Shown here one piece after another: positions 58,632 to 64,000 of a stretch of 64,000 nt of DNA. Location of the stretch: NCBI GenBank assembly GCA_037443035.1, contig JBBIPC010000008.1:32001-96000 (forward strand), read 5' to 3'. Every line of letters begins with the position of its first letter. Within the stretch, counting starts at the first letter, position 1. The translations under genes and the position numbers were made by a program. The notes beneath the pieces are model-generated. The model was not told where the DNA came from. It searched no databases and saw nothing but the letters and a program-made list of their open reading frames with translations. The DNA comes from Chthonomonadales bacterium (lineage in GTDB: Bacteria; Armatimonadota; Chthonomonadetes; Chthonomonadales; CAJBBX01).

Positions 58632-58786
58632 GGCAGCATTATATCCGCTAGCATGGTGCGGGTGGCTGTGGCACGTTGTGAGATTCGTGGGCGCGGTGCC
58701 GTAATGGAAGGTGGGTGCTAAGGCGGGCTGAGTATCTGCGGTATACTAGTTCCCGCTGAATACACTGGGGAAGGGTTAAGTTCGAC

Positions 58787-58996
58787 ATGAAGGAAGGCAT
58801 CCATCCGAACTACGGGCCAGCCGTGGTCACGTGTGCGTGTGGTAACACTTTCGAAACGCGTTCGACGAAGAGCACGATCCGAGTGGAGATCTGCTCGAAT
58901 TGTCATCCATTCTTCACCGGCAAGCAAAAGATAGTGGACACGGAAGGACGCGTGGAGAAATTCGAGCAGAAGTACCGGAAGCACAGACGCTCCTGA
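58787..58996 (+). CDS. rpmE: 50S ribosomal protein L31 (Zn-binding type)
   Basis: [26 protein letters not shown]. Confidence 0.97.
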   Translation: MKEGIHPNYGPAVVTCACGNTFETRSTKSTIRVEICSNCHPFFTGKQKIVDTEGRVEKFEQKYRKHRRS

Positions 58997-59026
58997 GGCG
59001 TTGGCGTTCGCTAGTCGAGGCGTAGC

Positions 59027-59977
59027 ATGGCGGATCCGGTCGCCTACGGCGGTCAGGCTGTCATCGAAGGAGTGATGATGCGAAGCTCGCATCATTACGC
59101 CGTCGCGTGCCGGCGGCCAGATGGGAAACTCGTCATCCACGACGAACCTGTGGGCGTCACTCTACTCGGGCGCCTGGCGTGGCTGAACAAGCCGTTCCTC
59201 CGTGGCACGCTGGCCATCGTGGACGCGGTCACTCTAGGACTCAAGGCCCTCGCATTCGCCGCCAGCGTCCAGGCAACGGCTGAATCCGAGGCAGCCGCCG
59301 CAGCCGCGCGTGCAGCAGGAAAAGAACCGCGTAAGAGCGACTTGGGGGACGCGGCCATTGGTGCCACGCTTGCGCTGTCACTGGCTGTGGGTATCGCCTT
59401 GTTCGTCGTTCTACCTACGGCGTTGACGCAGGTCATGCAGCAGCGTATCGGGGTGGACTCATCCTTCGCTCGCAATGTGCTCGATGGGGTTCTGCGCATC
59501 GCGGTTTTCCTCGCCTATGTGGTCGGTATTTCTTTCATGCACCATGTCCGGCGCGTCTTCCAGTACCACGGTGCGGAGCACAAGGCCATCAACGCCCTGG
59601 AGAACGGTAGGGAGCTTACGCTGGACAGTGCGTTGCAGGAGAGTAGAATCCATCCGCGTTGCGGCACGAGCTTCGTCGTAGTCGTCCTGCTAGCCACGAT
59701 CATAGTGCATACTGTCTTCCCGCGGCCAGACAACACCCTCGTGCGGATCGGCCTTCACCTGGCCCTGCTTCCTCTGGTGGCAGGCAGTGCCTACGAGCTG
59801 ATTCGTCTGGCCGGTCGGGCCCGGAACCAGACGCTCTTGCGCCTACTGCTTGCGCCCGGACTCTGGAGCCAAAGGCTAACCACCCGGGAGCCGACTGCGG
59901 ACCAGGTCGAAGTCGCCTTGGCAGCGCTGCAGAGCGTTGTGCACAGCGAGACTAGCGAGCACGCTGCTTCCTCTTGA
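59027..59977 (+). CDS. DUF1385 membrane protein (putative metal-dependent enzyme)
   Basis: GGQAVIEGVMMR, FQYHGAEHK, HPRCGTSF, QRLTTREP. Confidence 0.9.
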   Translation: MADPVAYGGQAVIEGVMMRSSHHYAVACRRPDGKLVIHDEPVGVTLLGRLAWLNKPFLRGTLAIVDAVTLGLKALAFAASVQATAESEAAAAAARAAGKEPRKSDLGDAAIGATLALSLAVGIALFVVLPTALTQVMQQRIGVDSSFARNVLDGVLRIAVFLAYVVGISFMHHVRRVFQYHGAEHKAINALENGRELTLDSALQESRIHPRCGTSFVVVVLLATIIVHTVFPRPDNTLVRIGLHLALLPLVAGSAYELIRLAGRARNQTLLRLLLAPGLWSQRLTTREPTADQVEVALAALQSVVHSETSEHAASS

Positions 59978-60048
59978 CATCTGCATCCCACGCCACATCT
60001 CGTCGAACGAGTGACATGGTGCTCGCAGGATGAGTAGGAGGTAACTCT

Positions 60049-61152
60049 GTGTCATTGGACTTAGCCCGCCCTCGTCTGGATGAGCTGGAGCGAGAATACG
60101 TCGAGCTGGAACGTCGTATGGCTGATCCTACGGTCGTTACCGATCTGGACCAATACCGACAGGTCAGCAAAGCGTGGAGTGATCTCCAGGAACTAGTCGA
60201 GACCTACCGCAGGTACAAAGCCGTCGAGGAGGAGCTGAAGGGCGCTGAAGAGTTGTTGGCGGAGCCGGACATGCGCGAACTGGCTGAAGCCGAGCTCGAC
60301 GCGCTGCAAGGAACACTGAACGATCTCGAGGGTAAGCTACGTCTCCTCTTACTGCCAAAGGATCCGAACGACGACAAGAGCGTGATCCTGGAGATTCGGC
60401 CTGCAGCGGGCGGCGAGGAGGCGGCTCTTTTCGCAGGCGATCTCTTCCGGATGTACTCCCGCTATGCCGAGCGACGCAACTGGAAGGTCGAGGTACTCAA
60501 TGCCCAGGAGACAGGAATCGGCGGTTTCTCCGATGTCGTCATGGCCATCGAGGGGAAGGGAGCCTACAGCCAACTCAAATTCGAGAGTGGCGTGCACCGC
60601 GTCCAGCGCGTGCCAGCAACCGAATCTGGCGGCCGGATCCACACTTCCACGGCGACGGTCGCGGTGCTACCGGAGATGGAGGAGGTCGAGGTGGAGATCA
60701 ACCCAAGAGACCTCGAAGTAGATGTGTATCATTCCTCCAGTGCCGGCGGCCAGAACGTCCAGAAAGTTGCCACGGCCATCCGCATTCTGCACAAGCCAAG
60801 CGGGCTGGTGGTGACGTGTGAGGACGAACGTAGCCAGTTGCAGAATCGCGAGAAGGCCATGCGCATGTTGCGAGCACGCCTCTACGAGCGCGAGATGGAA
60901 GCACAGCGCAACGCCCGCACGGAAGCGAGAAGGTCGCAAGTCGGCACCGGCGACCGAAGCGAGAAGATCCGTACGTACAACTTCCCTGATGGGCGAGTGA
61001 CAGACCATCGCATAGGTCTGACGATCCACAACGTTCAGTCCGTCCTCGAGGGCAACATACAGCCTTTCATTGACGCACTCATCACCGCAGATCAAGCCGA
61101 GCGACTGAGGAACACCGTCAGCAGTCAGAGTGGGGATGGCACAGGAAAGTGA
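60049..61152 (+). CDS. prfA: peptide chain release factor 1
   Basis: GGEEAALF, ESGVHRVQRVPATE (PxT), GGQ, RSEKIRTYNF. Confidence 0.96.
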   Translation: MSLDLARPRLDELEREYVELERRMADPTVVTDLDQYRQVSKAWSDLQELVETYRRYKAVEEELKGAEELLAEPDMRELAEAELDALQGTLNDLEGKLRLLLLPKDPNDDKSVILEIRPAAGGEEAALFAGDLFRMYSRYAERRNWKVEVLNAQETGIGGFSDVVMAIEGKGAYSQLKFESGVHRVQRVPATESGGRIHTSTATVAVLPEMEEVEVEINPRDLEVDVYHSSSAGGQNVQKVATAIRILHKPSGLVVTCEDERSQLQNREKAMRMLRARLYEREMEAQRNARTEARRSQVGTGDRSEKIRTYNFPDGRVTDHRIGLTIHNVQSVLEGNIQPFIDALITADQAERLRNTVSSQSGDGTGK

Positions 61153-62008
61153 GCAGGCTGGTCCCACGGTGAATTCGCTTCTCGCCTGGGCAAGCAATGC
61201 TCTCCGTAGCGCTGGCATCGAGCGACCTCTCTTCGAAGCACAAGTCCTCCTGGCCCACGTGCTGCAGACGGACCGCGGGAGGCTCCTGGCCGGGCTGCAT
61301 CGGGAGCCTTCGCCCTTGGATGCGGAGCGCTTCAGGCTTCTGATCCAGCAGCGGCAGGCACGCATGCCGCTCGCCTACCTCAGGGGGTTCCAGGAGTTCT
61401 ACGGACTGGAGATGCGCGTCACCCCTGCCACACTCATCCCCAGACCGGAAACCGAGCTGCTCGTGGAACGAGTGCTGAGCGTGCTTCAGCAGAGGCACAG
61501 TCCCGTGCTCGTGGACGTGTGCACGGGAAGCGGCTGCATAGCTGTCGCGTGTGCGGTACACGTGCCAGACCTGCGTGTGCTCGCGACGGACATCAGCGAG
61601 GATGCCCTTGCAGTTGCGGCAATGAACTGCCGTTTGCACGGGGTTGCGGATCGGGTGGACCTAGCCGCAGGCGACACCCTCGATGCGGTGCGTTCGTCGG
61701 TGGCGGACGTAGTTACGGCCAACCCGGCATATATCCCCAGCGATCAAATCGGCTCTCTTCAAGCGGAGGTACGGGTATACGAACCTCGTGTGGCGCTAGA
61801 CGGGGGGCATGACGGTCTGGTGCTCCATCGCCGTATCGTGGAAGATGCGCTTCGTGTGCTCCGCACGGGGGGTATGCTTGCGGTGGAAGTGGCGTATGGC
61901 CAGGCACGCCATGTGATGGAACTCATGCAAGTGGCTGGCTTCACAGACATCGAAGCATGGAGCGATCTTGCAGGCATAGAGCGAGCCATCACGGCGCGTC
62001 GTCCCTGA
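61130..62008 (+). CDS. prmC: release factor glutamine methyltransferase
   Basis: PLAYLRG, LIPRPETE, DVCTGSGCIA, NPAY, EPRVALDGG.DGL. Confidence 0.93.
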   Translation: MGMAQESEQAGPTVNSLLAWASNALRSAGIERPLFEAQVLLAHVLQTDRGRLLAGLHREPSPLDAERFRLLIQQRQARMPLAYLRGFQEFYGLEMRVTPATLIPRPETELLVERVLSVLQQRHSPVLVDVCTGSGCIAVACAVHVPDLRVLATDISEDALAVAAMNCRLHGVADRVDLAAGDTLDAVRSSVADVVTANPAYIPSDQIGSLQAEVRVYEPRVALDGGHDGLVLHRRIVEDALRVLRTGGMLAVEVAYGQARHVMELMQVAGFTDIEAWSDLAGIERAITARRP

Positions 62009-62015
62009 TCGCAGG

Positions 62016-62834
62016 ATGGAGTGCTTGGGTCGGTCCGAGAATGGAACGCTCCCACCGCGCATGGGCATGAGCGAAGAACGACCGGCAATCGAGTGCATTG
62101 GGCTGACGAAGCGCTATGGAGCGCTGACGGCGCTCGATGGGCTGGACCTTGCAGTGTACGAGGGAGAGCTTTTCGGCTTCCTTGGACCGAATGGTGCCGG
62201 CAAGACGACAACAATCAAACTCCTGACGGGTCTGCTCCGTCCGACGGCCGGGTCTGCGAGAGTGCACGGCATTTCGGTTCAGGAACGACCTTTGGATGTC
62301 AAGCGAATCATCGGATACGTGCCCGACAATCCGTTTCTGTATGAGAAGTTGACAGGGTGGGAATTCCTCAGCTTCATGGCAGACCTCTATTCCATGCCGC
62401 TCGCGGGGCGTGCCGAGCGGATGGAGGAACTTCTCAGCACGTTCGACCTTGCCGACAAGCGGGATCAGCTCATCCAGGGATACTCGCGCGGTATGCGGCA
62501 GAAGATCGCCTTGGCAGGAGCGCTCATTCACGACCCCAAAGTGGTGTTCCTTGATGAGCCGACGGTTGGGCTGGATCCTAAGTCAGCTCGCCTCATGAAG
62601 GACGTCTTGCGAAGCCTTTGTCAGGCAGGTGGTACCGTATTCGTCTCCACGCACATCCTCGATGTGGCGGAGAGGATGTGCGACCGCTTTGGCATCATCA
62701 ACCGCGGGAAGCTCATCGCCACAGGCACCATGGAAGACCTCCGGTCCCAAGCTGCTGGAGGAGGTTCGAGCCTCGAGGACATCTTCCTGGAGCTGACGGC
62801 TACGGACGATGATATGCCTGGAGCGCTGGTGTAA
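62016..62834 (+). CDS. ABC transporter ATP-binding protein (ABC-2 exporter type)
   Basis: GPNGAGKTT, YSRGMRQK, LDEPTVGLDP, STH; true start may be 62061 or 62067. Confidence 0.9.
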   Translation: MECLGRSENGTLPPRMGMSEERPAIECIGLTKRYGALTALDGLDLAVYEGELFGFLGPNGAGKTTTIKLLTGLLRPTAGSARVHGISVQERPLDVKRIIGYVPDNPFLYEKLTGWEFLSFMADLYSMPLAGRAERMEELLSTFDLADKRDQLIQGYSRGMRQKIALAGALIHDPKVVFLDEPTVGLDPKSARLMKDVLRSLCQAGGTVFVSTHILDVAERMCDRFGIINRGKLIATGTMEDLRSQAAGGGSSLEDIFLELTATDDDMPGALV

Positions 62835-63730
62835 TGGAGAAACTGGGCGAGAAGGATCAACTAGTGCTCGCCATGATCCTGGTCGTGACGATGGCTGCAG
62901 TCCTGGTCATTGACGCTCTCCTCCTCGTAGTGTGGCTATGGGTAAGGGATGATGTGGTTGCGGGCAGGCGCAAGTCTCCGTTTGCCCCATCATGGAGCCT
63001 CGTGGATCCTTGGATCGGCGGTCAGATCGCGTTCGGTACGCTCACCGGCGTTGCTGCCTTCGTTGGTATGATCGCCACAGCCACCTCACGCGGTGCTGGA
63101 CACATCATGGACGCGGGATTCCTCGTAACTACGTTGATTGTCCAGAATGCACTGTTGGCGGCGGTGCCGCTCCATTACCTGACCTTTCGCTACCGCCTTC
63201 CGGTGAGTGCGATCGGTCTAGCATGGCCGCCTCGGCGGCGTCATCTCGCCATCGGCGTCGTATGGGGGCTCCTCATGCTCCTCGCTGGTGCCGCATTGGA
63301 GGCAGCAACCAGGTCTCTGGCAAGGTTCGTGGTGCCCACCCATGTGCTTCGCGTTCTGGAATCGCTGTCCGGGCTTACCGACGCATCGGCCATCATCGCA
63401 ACGCTGCACGGGTCCTGGATCATGCTGGGATTGGTATGCGTAGGAGTTGCAGTGGCCGTACCCCTGGGAGAGGAGCTGTTCTTCCGGGGGTTCGTGCACA
63501 ACTGCGCTCGAAGGCGACTAGGACCTCTATTCGGGAGTCTGGTCAGTGCAGGGGCATTCGCCCTGGTGCATGCAAACCCGATGACATTGCCAGCCGTGTT
63601 CGCCATGGGCATCATGATGGCAGTAGCCTACGACCGCAGCGGATCGCTCTGGGTACCCATCGTCATGCACGGTGTGAACAACGGGATGTTGACGCTCGTT
63701 CTTCTCGCGGGTTGGGGGAAGGCATCATGA
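62834..63730 (+). CDS. CPBP (CAAX/Abi) family intramembrane metalloprotease
   Basis: EELFFRG, FALVH, HGVNN motifs; multiple TM helices. Confidence 0.9.
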   Translation: MEKLGEKDQLVLAMILVVTMAAVLVIDALLLVVWLWVRDDVVAGRRKSPFAPSWSLVDPWIGGQIAFGTLTGVAAFVGMIATATSRGAGHIMDAGFLVTTLIVQNALLAAVPLHYLTFRYRLPVSAIGLAWPPRRRHLAIGVVWGLLMLLAGAALEAATRSLARFVVPTHVLRVLESLSGLTDASAIIATLHGSWIMLGLVCVGVAVAVPLGEELFFRGFVHNCARRRLGPLFGSLVSAGAFALVHANPMTLPAVFAMGIMMAVAYDRSGSLWVPIVMHGVNNGMLTLVLLAGWGKAS

Positions 63731-64000
63731 CATGGTTGCGGCTCCACAGAGCCGCCACGATCGTCTGCATCTTGCTCTCGCTGGTCGGTTGTGGTCGCGT
63801 GGAGGAGATGATGCGCGGACGTCCGGATGAGTTCGTTGCCGCGCAGGAGCAGATGCGGCGTGGCGATGTACAAGCAGCGTCGAAGTCTCTCGAGGCAGGT
63901 ATCGCAATAAGACCAAAGGACCATGCGGTCTATGCCGCTGCGGCGCAACTGTGTTTGGCTGAAGGTAGACCCGAGATTGCCATCAAGTATGCGGAGCGCG
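63727..64000 (+). CDS. TPR-like lipoprotein (runs off the window end)
   Basis: Manual translation MTWLRLHRAATIVCILLSLVGCGRVEE..GIAIRPKDHAVYAAAAQL; lipobox LVGC; ATGA overlap with the upstream gene. Confidence 0.65.
   Translation, partial: MTWLRLHRAATIVCILLSLVGCGRVEEMMRGRPDEFVAAQEQMRRGDVQAASKSLEAGIAIRPKDHAVYAAAAQLCLAEGRPEIAIKYAER

Noticed and set aside
1..64000. CRISPR arrays, IS elements, prophage, tRNA or rRNA genes, defence systems
   Set aside because: No regularly spaced repeats, transposase, integrase or phage proteins, or cloverleaf/rRNA signatures were seen on reading.

Overview
GC-rich bacterial chromosomal segment made mostly of housekeeping genes. The gene content (hrcA, scpAB, DUF881/sbp inside the dcw cluster, DUF1385-prfA-prmC, a DUF6785-type membrane protein) points to a Terrabacteria lineage, plausibly Armatimonadota; this placement is inference. 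In order, the window holds: a partial CoA-disulfide reductase; dxs; a large secreted multidomain glycan-binding protein; phnD/phnC-like genes with no permease; an AAA ATPase and a TPR protein; a sigma-70-like/TPR fusion gene coupled to a 61-aa secreted-peptide ORF; a dipeptide epimerase; hrcA-grpE-glmM-papain-like peptidase; glmU-prs; an unannotated 6S-like RNA at the end of a Clp1-phosphatase-scpA-scpB-formiminotransferase run; htrA; rib genes; recN; cysE; vanW; a dcw cluster with two tandem ftsZ genes and no murF/murB/ddl; three glycosyltransferase-like genes; rpmE-DUF1385-prfA-prmC; and an ABC ATPase, CPBP protease and partial TPR lipoprotein. The best candidate for an undescribed system is 11623-13530: an ECF-type promoter, a sigma-factor/TPR fusion, an overlapping Phr/AimP-like propeptide gene and a strong hairpin, together resembling an RRNPP-style peptide signalling cassette whose output would be a sigma factor. 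No mobile elements, CRISPR arrays, tRNA or rRNA genes were seen.
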